The translations under genes and the position numbers were made by a program. Shown piece by piece: positions 38,201 to 50,408 of a stretch of 64,000 nt of DNA. Under the pieces are notes generated by a model. The model did not search any database and was not told where the DNA came from. It worked only from the letters and a program-made list of their open reading frames with translations. This DNA is from Tubiluchus corallicola. Its lineage: Eukaryota; Animalia; Priapulida. The stretch's first letter is position 1. The number at the start of each line of letters is the position of its first letter. The stretch spans positions 55,463-119,462 of the forward strand of contig JAQGDQ010000649.1 of the NCBI GenBank assembly GCA_030141605.1, in the 5' to 3' direction.

Positions 38201-41200
38201 AGTTTTTTAAGTAATGCATTAGCCCTGCATTAATGAATTAGTTTCTCTCAAGAAACATTGTTTACTTTAAGAATGTATTGTTTTCTCTAACAGTTCCAAT
38301 GGTATGTAAAGTTTACAGAATATTAGTGAACTATTAGTATTATTTTATTATTATTTTAGTATTAAAGTTATTATTTTCACAGCAATTATTAAATTAAGAT
38401 TAAGGGAGATTAAATTTAACATCCTTAAGCTTTACCACCTATTCACATTTGAGATACCAATGTCACATTTGACTTACCAAAAATACTTAAGATTTCTTGA
38501 AAACCATTGTTAATGCATTTGAACTACCCAAGTCTACATTTGAGTAACCAAGACACATTTGAATTACCTAAATCTACATTTGACTTAACGTAGGTCTACA
38601 TTTGACGTGTAAAACCTATAATACATTGCTTTTAGGTTACCTTGGAGCAAAAAACCGAAACAGTTCAAGAACCAGCTATCAATCTTGGGAGACCAGTCGG
38701 GACAGCGATTCCTCCTTTCATCGTGCAAGCTTTAGTTCCAGTCCAGCATCTGTGTACGATGGTCCTTTCATAGCCAAAGCCGTCGTAACAAAAGATTACA
38801 CTCCCAGCCCGTACGATGATGATGCACTCACCTTGTCGGTCAGAATCTTACCTACCTTCATATTCGTTCATGATCTTAAAATAATTATACTAATTTTTCT
38901 TATTTTTCTTTACATAGAAACACAGTATATAAAAAAGATGTATCACAGTTTTGCTATGCACATACGCAGTTGCTGCAGGTCAAAAGTTAAATGTATCATG
39001 GCATCGCGTCTTAACAACAAACGGCACGTGACATGTGGGTAAAGCAAAGCCAACTGCTGCATTAGTTCAGTAATGTCAGTTGATTTATGTGGACTTTACT
39101 ACTTATTTATACATTTGTCTGTGCGCAGAGTGATTTACTAGCAAGATCTTGCTTGGGAACAAGAAAATATGAACTAGGTAAGGTTCTAGCTAGTTGCTAA
39201 ACCTGTTAATATTACAATAGCATGGGCTGAGAGGTGTTGTCAAGTGTAGAGAAATGTGTTGTCTAGTACACTTAACTTTTGACCTTTTCAGGATCATCAA
39301 TCGCTGAAACTATGAAAAGGCTTATTGCAATTTACAGACTAGCTAATTAATGGTTAAAAATGTCTAATGCATTTAATTCAAAACTACATTAGATGCGTAA
39401 CGAGGAATTCTTCTTTCTACGAATTTTAACTTTTTTATTCAAGGTTGGAGATACAATCGACATAATCAGCATGAACACTACAGGAACTTGGACAGGTGTT
39501 CTGAACAACAAGGTAGGCACGTTCAAGTTCATCAATGTTGATGTGGTCACAAAAGAGGAGCCTGCAAAACAGAGAAGGCGACCGAAGAGCTCTCACGTGA
39601 GGAGAAGACATTCGCACAGAAGCAAACCCAAAACAACCGAAGATTTGCTTAAACGTTTACATCTTGAGGTTTGTTGTTTACATAACGGGCTATCATTATT
39701 TATTTTTATTATTATTTACTTACAACGCATTTATTAGAATAGAATTAGTATTGTATTCTTCACAGGAAAATTCCCAAAGGATTAAATGAATCAGCAAGTA
39801 GTCGGATGCACCTCGTAGTCGTAGTTGTGCAAAATGTTTTGTCTGTTTTCTACATAACTTCACAAACACAATTAAATCTGTGTTCGTACTTACAATGTGA
39901 CAAAACACCAAGTTCTTTTTACTGCCCGTGTATGAATGTTTGAGTGGTAAATGTAAGATGCATGTATTAAAAAGCTCACTTACGAAAACTTGATATTATT
40001 TACTTAAAGGACGGTCTAGGAAACACTTGGTGGAATTAATGTTGCGCCAATCACTACTGTGAAACGTAACAGACTTGCAAAAATAGATGATTATATTCAG
40101 ATGTCTACGTATTAATTTTCATGCATAAACATTTAGTATCTGGTTTGGTAGTCGTGCAATTTCACTAGGTTCAGAAGCTCAGACATACACACGAAGCTCA
40201 GACACATACACACGAAGCTCAGACACATCGATGCGAAGCTCAGCAGCTCAGACACATGAAGCTCAGACACATACACATGAAGCTCAGAAGCTCAGATACA
40301 TACATACGAAGCTCAGACACATCGATACGAAGCTCAGAAGCTCAGACACATCGATGCGAAGCTCAGAAGCTCAGACACATACACGCGAAGCTCAGACACA
40401 TACACACGAAGCTCAGAAGCTCAGACACATACACGCGAAGCTCAGACACATACACACGAAGCTCAGAAGCTCAGACACATACACACGAAGCTTAGACACA
40501 TACACACGAAGCTCAGAAGCTCAGACACATACACACGAAGCTCAGAAGCTCAGACACATACACGCGAAACTCAGTCACATACACGTGAAGCTCAGACACA
40601 TACACGCGAAGCTCAGACACATACACACGAAGCTCAGGAGCTCAGACACATACAAGCGAAACTCAGTCACATACACACGAAGCTCAGAAGCTCAGACACA
40701 TACACGTAAAGCTCAGAAGCTCAGACACATACACGCGAAGCTCAGAAGCTCACACACATACACACGAAGCTCAGAAGCTCAGACACATTCACACGAAGCT
40801 CAGAAGCTCAAACACGCACACCAAGCTCAGAAGCTCAGACACATACACACGAAGCTCAGAAGCCCACACATACACACCCGAATTGTACTTTATTTTATAA
40901 TAACATTGTGTTCCTTGTTACAGAAATATGTCAGCGTGTTCTTGCTAAATGGGTACGATCTTGAGCATTTTAAAGAAATAGAGGAAGAAGATCTTATTGA
41001 TCTACAGATAAACTCTTCTGAAGACAGAGCCAAACTGCTTACCGCGGCAGAACTTCTACTTGACGACGATGATAGTAATAAAGCGTCTTTGTAAACTTTG
41101 AACAGGAAAAGATTTAACGAAATCTATTTTAAATGTATCGAAAGTTTTATTCATTTAAGCCTCTGCTAGTTCTGTATCCAAAATTTTCAGAACGGATATT

Positions 41201-44200
41201 TTGTATTGTGGAAAATTCAGTCAAATTGTTCATGCCTTTTTGTGCAAACAGTGTTCCAAATAGTTTTTTTTGTGTTAAACCCTTCTCACATTAGTTTATT
41301 TACATAGCCAGGCGGAGGTTTTCTGTTTAGTACTAGATACTTGCTTCTTAAACGATTCCTCATTTTTTCAGATGTTAATGCAAATGAGACAGTAGAGAGG
41401 GTAAAGAAGGCCGTTCCACGTGATTCGGGATGCTACGGAAGCAGTGAACATCTTGAGAGCAAAGATTCTACGAAGCAAGATCAAATGGCTGTGACTGTTT
41501 CATTGGTAGATGCCACTGCTGTCAGTGTACAATCAAAGATCAAAGATAACAAAAGTTCTCAGAAAGCTTCTCCGTTAAATGCTCGTAAAGAATCGTCAGA
41601 TGTAGCTAAAGGAAGCGGGAAAAAGATGCTAAACAGAATTGCGCACACAGACCAGAAGAACGGGTCAAAGTCACCAAAGATGGCAAAACCATCGAGTCTG
41701 AAAGCCAAGCTGTTTCAGAGCAAACCACAAAAATCCTATGTCAAAGAGTTAAGATTATCTATCAGCCAATCAGATGACAAACCGCTGTCCAATAGCTGCG
41801 ATGCTTTAATTGAACCAAGTGCAATGGAAAACGTCGAATACGAGAAAAGGAAAGCAGAATCGCTGCCACATTTGGCTGATGACGTGTTTGATGACAAGCT
41901 GGTAAAACAGAATAAAGTAGCAAAGAACAAGACCGTCTCCACGGTAGCAAGAGACAGAACTAGCAAAAAGTTTTCTGATTCCAATGTTAATTATGGATCG
42001 TCCACCTTCTGGCAGAAGGTCACACTGCGACCAAAGTTTGCCACATTGCCACGTCCACCGAGCAGTGAAAAACGCAACACAATACTTGATCCGCTCGGCG
42101 ACAGCATTGGTTCGTCTAGAGTCCAAAGTATAATTGAAACGTTTCAGGTAAGAGCGTTAGTACTGGTGTTAAATATCAATCAACATCTTTATATCTTTAC
42201 CTGGAGTCTCGTTTTCACACACAGTGACAATCAGTTTACGTTGAAGTTTACAAATAAATGGTAATGATAACATATGAAAGGCATAGGTAAAGTGGTAGAG
42301 ATGCTGACCCCTCAATCTGTATAGGAAATTAGACTTCAGACATCTCTTCTAGCCGGCGACACCACCCAGTGGCATCTCTTCAAAAATAAACCTGCTGACT
42401 TCGTTACATCTTCACTTTATTTGATATTTGTTTATCCCAGAAATTTGCATGTCCCAAAACAACCACTCAGTTAGCAAATAAATAAAACTCTCAAAGAATG
42501 AATGCCGTAGACGCCACTTAATAGACTCAGTTTGGGGTGGAAATATTTTGACCCAATTAACTAGCTAAATCTATTAACCATCAGATGCAGTGTTACTAAT
42601 GTAGAATTATGAATCATCAGCTTAGTATGAACTGCAAAGATTTTTAATGAATTTTAGAAACGAAGTAATGCCTAAATTTATATGTAGTCATTAAAAAATA
42701 TTAATTTATAATGTGAGTTTATAAAAAAGTTTACTTTTCTAAATCACACAAGTCTGTTTATTTACAAAAATTTCAAAAATGCGTCCAAAAGTCAGCTGCT
42801 TCATTTTTTGTTACAAGTTGGCTCTCAAAGTTTGCGTAATGATAAAAACGTTGAAAATCTGATGTATGATGCACAAATTCTCGTAAAATACTTAGTGCTT
42901 GGCGTGCTTAAACTGTTGGTGGTGCCCGTGTTTCCCTGCAAGTAGCTTCATCTGTAGTTTCCCCTGAGCTCCCTCTTGCTTAAACTGTTGGTGGTTGTTT
43001 CCCGATAACTTCATCTGTAGCTTCCCCTAAGCTCCCCTTGCAAACCCCCGCAAGTAGCTTCATCTGTAGTTTCCCCTGAGCTCCCTCTTGCTTAAACTGT
43101 TGGTGGTGCCCGTGTTTTCCCGCAAGTAACTTCATCTGTAGCTTCCCCTAAGCTCCCTCTTGCTTAAACTGTTGGTGGTGCCCGGTTTCCCCCGCAAGTA
43201 GCTTCATCTGTAGTTTCCCCTGAGCTCCCTCTTGCTTAAACTGTTGGTGGTGCCCGTGTTTTCCCGCAAGTAACTTCATCTGTAGCTTCCCCTAAGCTCC
43301 CTCTTGCTTAAACTGTTGGTGGTGCCCGGTTTCCCCCGCAAGTAGCTTCATCTGTAGTTTCCCCTGAGCTCCCTCTTGCTTAAACTGTTGGTGGTGCCCG
43401 TGTTTTCCCGCAAGTAGCTTCATCTGTAATTTCCCCTGAGCTCCCTCTTGCTCAAACTGTTGGTGGTGCCCGGTTTCCCCCGCAAGTAGCTTCATCTGTA
43501 GTTTCCCCTGAGCTCCCGCTTGCTTAAACTGTTGGTGGTGCTCGTGTTTCCCCGCAAGTAGCTTCATCTGTAGTTTCCCCTGAGCTCCCTCTTGCTTAAA
43601 CTGTTGGTGGTGCCCGTGTTTCCCCGCAAGTAGCTTCATCTGTAATTTCCCCTGAGCTCCCTCTTGCTCAAACTGTTGGTGGTGCTCGTCCCACACCACC
43701 TTTAACGGTGTTTCCCCAAGTAGCTTCATGTAATTTCCTGAGCTCCCTCTTGCTCAAACTGTTGGTGGTGCTCGTGTTCCCCCGCAAGTAGCTTCATCTG
43801 TAATTTCCCCTGAGCTCCCTCTTGCTTAAACTGTTGGTGGTGCCCGTGTTTCCCCGCAAGTAGCTTCATCTGTAATTTCCCCTGAGCACCCTCTTGCTTA
43901 AACTGTTGGTGGTGCTCGTGTTTCCCCGCAAGTGGCTTCATCTGTAGCTTCCCCTGAGCTCCCGTTTGCTATTGTCTCAATGTATCTGCATCCCTGGCAT
44001 AACAGCAACAGCAAACTGATTAAACTTTCTGGGAAAGACAGCCAGAGCTTCAAAAGCAAACCGCTAAGCAAGTGATTAAATGTTTAGCTTCCTGGAAATT
44101 CTTGGGTAACGAGGTTAATTGCAGTGGACGGGCGGGTCAAAGCCAGCCATTAGGCTATCATATTAACGTATAATAAACGTTCCTGCTTACAAATAAAATG

Positions 44201-46831
44201 GTACTTAACATGATTGTTTCTATGTATATTATAAAACAAAAGTGAACTAAGATGATATAAAAGTCAAAAAGCTTATTAGTCACACGAAAGTGTCTTATTG
44301 AAGCATGTGAAGCAAAAATATTGTGTCAATTATGCGGCATTGTTTGAGTCTATTATCAGCAGTTTTTGTATACTTTTGAATAGAAGCAGCCTGTACCAGA
44401 TGTGTGTAAGTCAATTAAGTGACCGAGTCAATTAACCATGAGTCTAATAAACGGCGCTTACTGTTTTGATAAATTGTTTAATTTTTTCTGCCATACCTAA
44501 TGAAGTTAAATAAACTATGTTTCACTAATGGTGTATAGTTTGTTTGACCCTCTTATAGGGCATGGGCGGAAGAATGTCTTTTTTAAAATCGAACCAATCA
44601 ACAGACAACAAGGAGAAACACAAGACGCTTTCTCATCTGTCTAGGAGTAAAAACACATCCGCATCGGCAAAACTTGCAGGGCCTACAAAACCAAAGAAAC
44701 CAATTCCATTAATGAATGAGCCTTCAGCCGAGGCCTGCACTACCATCAATAGGAAATTAAGTACGGAAAAGATTAATTTGTCTAAAGAACCATACACTCA
44801 AAAGGTAAAAATGCAAATTAGTAGTTACGCCTAGTTGCGATACATTTTTATGATTGATACTATTAGTTACTTGATAAAATAATAATTATTAATCTCAAAA
44901 ATGCTAATAACAATGTTAAATTGAATCTTAAAGACCACTTACAAACAAATATGTATCACTAAGTATGTAGAAATGACTTCTCTAGAAGAAACATGATCAG
45001 TTATTTATATCATTATTGTATATATCTGAATGCAATATTAATTTTTACCACAGGGTGGTGCTTGTTGCATTCCGTCAGCTCTTGTGCTGCGTTACGTTGT
45101 TGAGACGAGGCTTGACGTGGGTGAGGTAGCTACAGCTATGGAGTTGAACAGAATTCAGAAATTACAAGCAAACAAGAAAACTTATGTTAGTATTTAGTAG
45201 CAACTCTTGTTATTAAATTGTATCTTTCACTTGGAATTTACGAAAGCATGCTCATAACAAGAGAAAATGAAGTCTACTTTAATAGTGATCTAGCAAGTTT
45301 GGCAAAATCCAAAAAAATGAAAACACCATTAATAAATTGATGTCTTTAATAAATTGAGAAATAAGTCTTTCAACAATCAAAGTACAGTCAACCTCGGATA
45401 TAAGGGACACCTCAGGACTGGAAAAAAACGTCCCTTATATCCGATGTTCCTTATAGCCAAAGTTGAGTCAGACCGAGGGTGTATATAGACCTGTACTTTT
45501 ACCCATATTTTTATGGATTATAGCTACACATTCTGTGCAAATGGTATGTAGGAAGCTCCTTCAGTGATGCGAGATGTATGTGACAGCGGAAACCGAGCTG
45601 TTCGAAAGGCCGAGTTTGCGAAAAATTAAGGTTAAAAATCGATTAATTTGATCATAGTGTCCCTTATATGCGAGGTAATTTACCTGGGTTTCTAGTATGC
45701 GGGACTTGAAGATATCATCCCTTATAATCGAAAGTCCCTTATATCCGAGTACCTCATATACGAAGAGTTTTACATAGGAAAAACGTTACGAAAAATCGGG
45801 ACTGGTGTTGGTGGTCCCTTATAAGTGAGTACCTTTTACACGAGGTTGACTGTAGTTTGGTTATATGATGGTGCACGTGTAAAAGACATAAGCATTGTCC
45901 TACAGTTAAGACTATGTAGTGCATTAACGCGTTTGCATATTTACAGGTGCACAATCGGTACTTAGCAGAGACGTGTTCATCTGAGGATCCACCGAATTAT
46001 AGCTCAGTCCAAGACTGGCTTATCTCACTAGGTCTGCCCATGTACACTGAAATGTTGGTAAGTCTGTATATAAAATCATTACCAGTTTGCGGCTGCCTGT
46101 TCCATCCGTAGTGTGTTTAAAAGCAAATTGTTGAAATTTACAAATTATTGACAAATTGGTGGAAGAGCTGTGCTTGATATAATCTTGACCTGCTCTCTGT
46201 CACTAAATTTTAACTTCAACAGGTGAATTCATAGATTTTACTTGGTGCAAAAGCTAAAATCAGTGGGCATTGGTGAATTCTATAATTGCCGCCATAAAAT
46301 TTTTTAATAAGATTAATAAAATAACAATTATTATGGAAGTTAGTTATTTAGAAAATTATACTCTCAAAAGATATGTGGGAGTTTTGTCATTTTCGTCTCA
46401 CTTACTATATTGCAGACTGATTTTATCATATGCAGAATTAAAATTACCGAAATTTAACAACAGTCAAGGATCTTAATAATGAGCTTTTGTTATGTGAAGC
46501 AGCTTTTGTAAGAAGTTAAAAACTAAAAAAATCAGAATAACTTAGTCCATTCGTCCTTGCTGTTTAGAAATAAAACAAACTGATTGAAACGAGGTCACTG
46601 GATTGGTAAATAGTTTACACTTTAGACAGCACTACTCTTCCCGCTATCCTCCAGTAATTATCAGTTATTTCCTTGCAGGCAAAGGCAGGATATAGTCAAT
46701 TGGAACAAGTCTGTAAACTTAGTGAGACAGAAATGGAAAAATGTGGAATACACGACAACAGTCACAGGCAAAGACTAAGTGCGGCATGCAACAATTTGAT
46801 GAAACATTTGAAAAAGTTTGGCATTATGTAA
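35287..46831 (+). CDS. SASH1: SAM and SH3 domain-containing protein (SASH1-like; SH3-SAM...SAM), 11 coding exons, 761 aa
   Basis: Exons 35287-35322, 35796-35903, 36418-36562, 38636-38838, 39444-39668, 40924-41074, 41372-42147, 44559-44804, 45054-45185, 45947-46057, 46679-46831 (2286 nt, in frame). SH3 (GPFIAKAVVTKDYTPSPYDDDAL..GTWTGVLNNKVGTFKFINV), SAM1 (LLKRLHLE/KYVSVFLLNGYDL), PRDSGCY, EPY..CxIPxALVxRY and a C-terminal SAM (SVQDWLISLGLPMY) are all SASH1 hallmarks. The first three exons are less certain. Confidence 0.9.
37875..38620. mobile_element. Foldback-type TIR element in SASH1 intron 3
   Basis: TIR tataggttttacacatcaaatgtagac / gtctacatttgacgtgtaaaacctata; mirrored ~20-bp subterminal caaatgt../..acatttg repeats. 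Confidence 0.82.
40170..40880. repeat. Compound minisatellite (21-bp GAAGCTCAGACACATACACAC plus 8-bp GAAGCTCA)
   Basis: Direct reading; ends about 45 bp before SASH1 exon 6. Confidence 0.94.
42505..44463 (-). mobile_element. Degenerate pogo/Tigger-like transposon remnant hosting the 72-bp array
   Basis: TIRs ccgtagacgccacttaatagactc / gagtctaataaacggcgcttactg; minus-strand relic PPTV*ARQALSILREFV and, after frameshifts, KQLTLDAFLK resembling a pogo-family C-terminus. Confidence 0.62.
42905..43965. repeat. 72-bp GC-rich minisatellite, about 14-15 copies
   Basis: Unit GCTTAAACTGTTGGTGGTGCCCGTGTTTCCCCGCAAGTAGCTTCATCTGTAGTTTCCCCTGAGCTCCCTCTT. Confidence 0.95.
45385..45852 (+). mobile_element. 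pogo/Tigger-type MITE family A, copy 3
   Basis: TA|CAGTCAACCTCG...CGAGGTTGACTG|TA. Confidence 0.92.
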
Positions 46832-46972
46832 CCTACCGCTTTCAATACAAAATAACATTACAATTAAGTCTTTTACTGTGTCATAATATTGTTACCATTT
46901 TTATGTTAGCAACTGATGTGGGAAATGTGCTCATCACTTCCAATATAATCATAACAAAATTATCAACCTTTA

Positions 46973-47521
46973 CGGAAGACCGGACGATTGTTTAGACTCA
47001 ATCTCATTTTAATTTACTGTCCAAAATATACATTTTCTTGCCTATAAAAGTTAACAATTGTTTCCTATATTTGAATAATTAGCTTAGAAAGTTAATTAAC
47101 GGCAACCGAATACAGCTATTGCTTACGTCAGAAACTAACCACAGCTTGTGCAATGGCAGGTGTCTTTCCTTGCGTGTCAAACACATTTGCATAAGCGTTA
47201 CAGTAGTGTTCAAATGCATGATGTCATGAAAAATGGGCTCTATGTCATATGACGTCAGAAACTAACACTGCAGTTCATTATCATGGTTATCACGGTGCCG
47301 CCTTCTATTTGTCGGCCACGTGAACGTGACAAAAAGGCGCCGCTACCAATCTTAGTAGATTCACTGAGACGCACGTAGCTTTGAAAGTTTAACAAAATTT
47401 GAGTATCCGAGGTAATTATTATTTCATCTAAGCTTTCATTTAAAAAAAGTTATTGTAGTTTTCAATATTTTAGAGCATTCTTTATTCTGAACTCGTGTTC
47501 ACACAGTCATCCGGTTTTCCT
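46973..47521 (-). mobile_element. Kolobok-type MITE family B, copy 3 (inverted; SASH1 3' region)
   Basis: Reverse complement of 32441-32990; right end CCGGTTTTCCT|TTAA. Confidence 0.9.
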
Positions 47522-48697
47522 TTAATGTTGCTGCAGAATAAATGAAAGCTCTTGCTTATAAAATTAATGATATGCATTAGCATTAAACAGTAAAAAAATC
47601 ATAACACGAGTACATCAGTCCAGTTAATACAACAATAAAAACTGATGCAACAATTAGATCAAAGCTAATGTTTTATTTTTGATGATACATATATACATAC
47701 ATACATGTAACATAAAAAAGTTCTATAAAGAAAATGGTAATAATTTTGTAACAAGTTTTGACAAATTACACAATTTAACTTTGCATGTATTTTAGTGGAA
47801 AAACTGTTCCGATAGACAACGTATAATATTTTTCAAACTTAGAACCCGAGTGTGGTTCAATCTAATTGCAAGGTCAGGTTTTATTACATCCATGAGTAGT
47901 GCGAGACTTCAATATCATGCATAATAATGTCAGCACATTCACAGAGCTGTGAGATGCAATATGACTTAATAAAGAAGACCTGTAATTGACAATGTGAAAT
48001 GAATCCAATGAGAAACGAATATTTTCATAGTCCGAAAAGTATTACAGCTTCAGGTGACTCTGGACTCTTGGAGAAGAAAACACAAGCTAAACGTATCATA
48101 AAATTCATGAAAAGTCAATTTAAATTTATACGACAATAACTGCATGCTAAACTAATATTTACAAATGTGAGAGACTAACTACTTCATGATGCCCAGAGTC
48201 AAAAAAATTCATGTTTGAGTAGCTTTATTACGTTTTATCTGTAAGAAAAATCATAACAAAATATAACAAACTAATTTGAGCAAAAAAAGGAACAAGGAAA
48301 TTAATAATAAAGTCAGACTTAATAATCAAAATAAACTTACATCATGGCTCTACTACTCTTGACAAATAAATGGTTTAACTGAGACAAACAACAGCAACAA
48401 CTTTCTTAGCCAAGAACAGACTGCCAACAGACCAGGTAAACTAGCTCTGTCAGTAGAGCATGACAGAAAGAAGCCAAGTCAAGACATACATACAAATGTA
48501 GTTAAAAAGGACAGTATAGGGGAGGTTTACAGAATGAGAGAACACTGAAGTAATAAAATAACCTAAAATCCTTCACAAGAAATGCAAACATGCAAATTAG
48601 TTTCACTTCACCATTAAGTTATACCACAACATAGAACACAAAATTATACAAGGTTTCTACAGAAAGTAACACAGTATATGTGTGACTTTTACGTTAA

Positions 48698-49035
48698 CCC
48701 TTTCAGTCCCAAATTATTTTTTAGTAAGAAAAAAAATTTTAGCTTGGCACTTTTGTTCAGTATGTCCATCTTGTTTACACATAAATATTTTTTCTACCTG
48801 TGCCCGCGTGCTAAATATAGCCTGTATCCCATGTGATACATTGGGATTCAATGGAAGCATGAAATGTGCTTCATTTTGCAACTGCTGATAATTTATCACC
48901 ATTTTTAGTCTATTGTTATTGGCTTAAATCAAAATAAGTATTAACAGATCAAATAACTGTTATTTTTAAAATTTTATTAATTTTAAAGGCAGAAAATATT
49001 CTCGTATCCCATGGGATACAACGGGTATGAAAGGG
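48698..49035 (+). mobile_element. piggyBac-type non-autonomous element, copy 2 (about 110-bp internal deletion)
   Basis: TTAA|CCCTTTCAGTCCC...GGGTATGAAAGGG|TTAA. Confidence 0.85.
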
Positions 49036-49375
49036 TTAAATGAACTACTGTCATAGTCAAGTACTATATGTTTTCGGTTTGTACTCTTAGAAAACAAATT
49101 TCGCAGACTTATTCACCGATCGATTATACAACAAAAATTTTAAGAAAGCATAACCGTTATTACCTGTGTTTTAAGCTACAAGCAGCGAGATTACATTGAT
49201 TTAACACTTAACTATTCGGTACAGTTCACCTTTATGGAAAAAAACTTGCAAGAAAAAACTGGTATATATTGGGTAAAAACTTGCTAAAATTAATTTTCTT
49301 CTCTTCAAAAGTCTCTGCTTACAGTATACTAAAAATATGTTTTGCAAGGTACCTGCTGGTTTCTGCTGACATTAA

Positions 49376-49925
49376 ACGAAAACCGGATGATTGTGTAAGC
49401 ACGAGTTCAGAATAAAGAATGCTCTAGAATATTGAAAACTACAATAGCTTTGTTTAAAATCAAAGCTTAAATTAAATAATAATTACTTTTGATACTCAAA
49501 TTTCGTTAAACATTCAAAGCTGCACACGGCTCAGTGAATCTACTAAGATTGGCAACGGCGCCTTTTTGTCACATTTGCATGGCTGACAAATAGAAGACGG
49601 TACCGTGATAACCATGATCATGAACTGCTGTGTTAGTTTCTGACGTCATATAATGTAAAGCCCATTTTTCGTGACATCATGCGTTTAAACAGTACTGTAA
49701 CTCTCATGCAAGTGTACTTGATGCGCAAGGGAAGACGTCTGCCATTGCACAAACTGTGGTTAGTTTCTGACGTAAGCAATAGCTGTGTTCGGTTGACGTT
49801 AATTAACTTTCTAAGCTAATTATTCAAATATAAGGAACAATTGTTAACTTTTATAGGCAAGAAAATGTGTATTTTGGACAGTAAATTAAAATGAGATCGA
49901 GTCTAAACAATCATCCGGTTTTCCT
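49376..49925 (+). mobile_element. Kolobok-type MITE family B, copy 4 (PCNP 3' region)
   Basis: TTAA|ACGAAAACCGGA...TCCGGTTTTCCT|TTAA, 550 bp. Confidence 0.9.
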
Positions 49926-50408
49926 TTAAGATTTCATACGACTCCATTTACATTTTACGCTACTTCAAATTTGTTTTCTTTTGTTTTCTAGCAATGGGAT
50001 GCCTATCCCACTTTCAAATAATTTACTGATTACACATGTTATGAATAAGTGAGTTATATTAAGAAAATATTCTAAGGCATGGCGAGAAGAAAGAGCAGAG
50101 TAGTCATCCTTGAGTGCCCTCCAATTTAAGCAGTGTTAGGATGGTTAATCCATGCAATGGGAAACTCCTTCTGGTCGTACCTTCAGGTATTTGTCTTGTT
50201 GAAGGCATATATGTAAATATATATACATGGAAACTTAGCCAAACTTACTGTATCTAAATGTTCACAATCTCACAAGATTATCTTTCACAGTTAGCCAGTT
50301 TGACCACAACTACTCAACATTAGTGATACGCCCAACTTCCAGCAGAAGGTTAAAATGTATAAAAAGTAAACAAACACGATAACGAACATTAATTATAATT
50401 CATCAAGT

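Noticed and set aside
40231-40923. Repeat-encoded N-terminal extension fused in frame to the SAM exon
   Set aside because: A clean acceptor at 40923 joins exon 5 in phase to complete the SAM domain; the upstream part is minisatellite.
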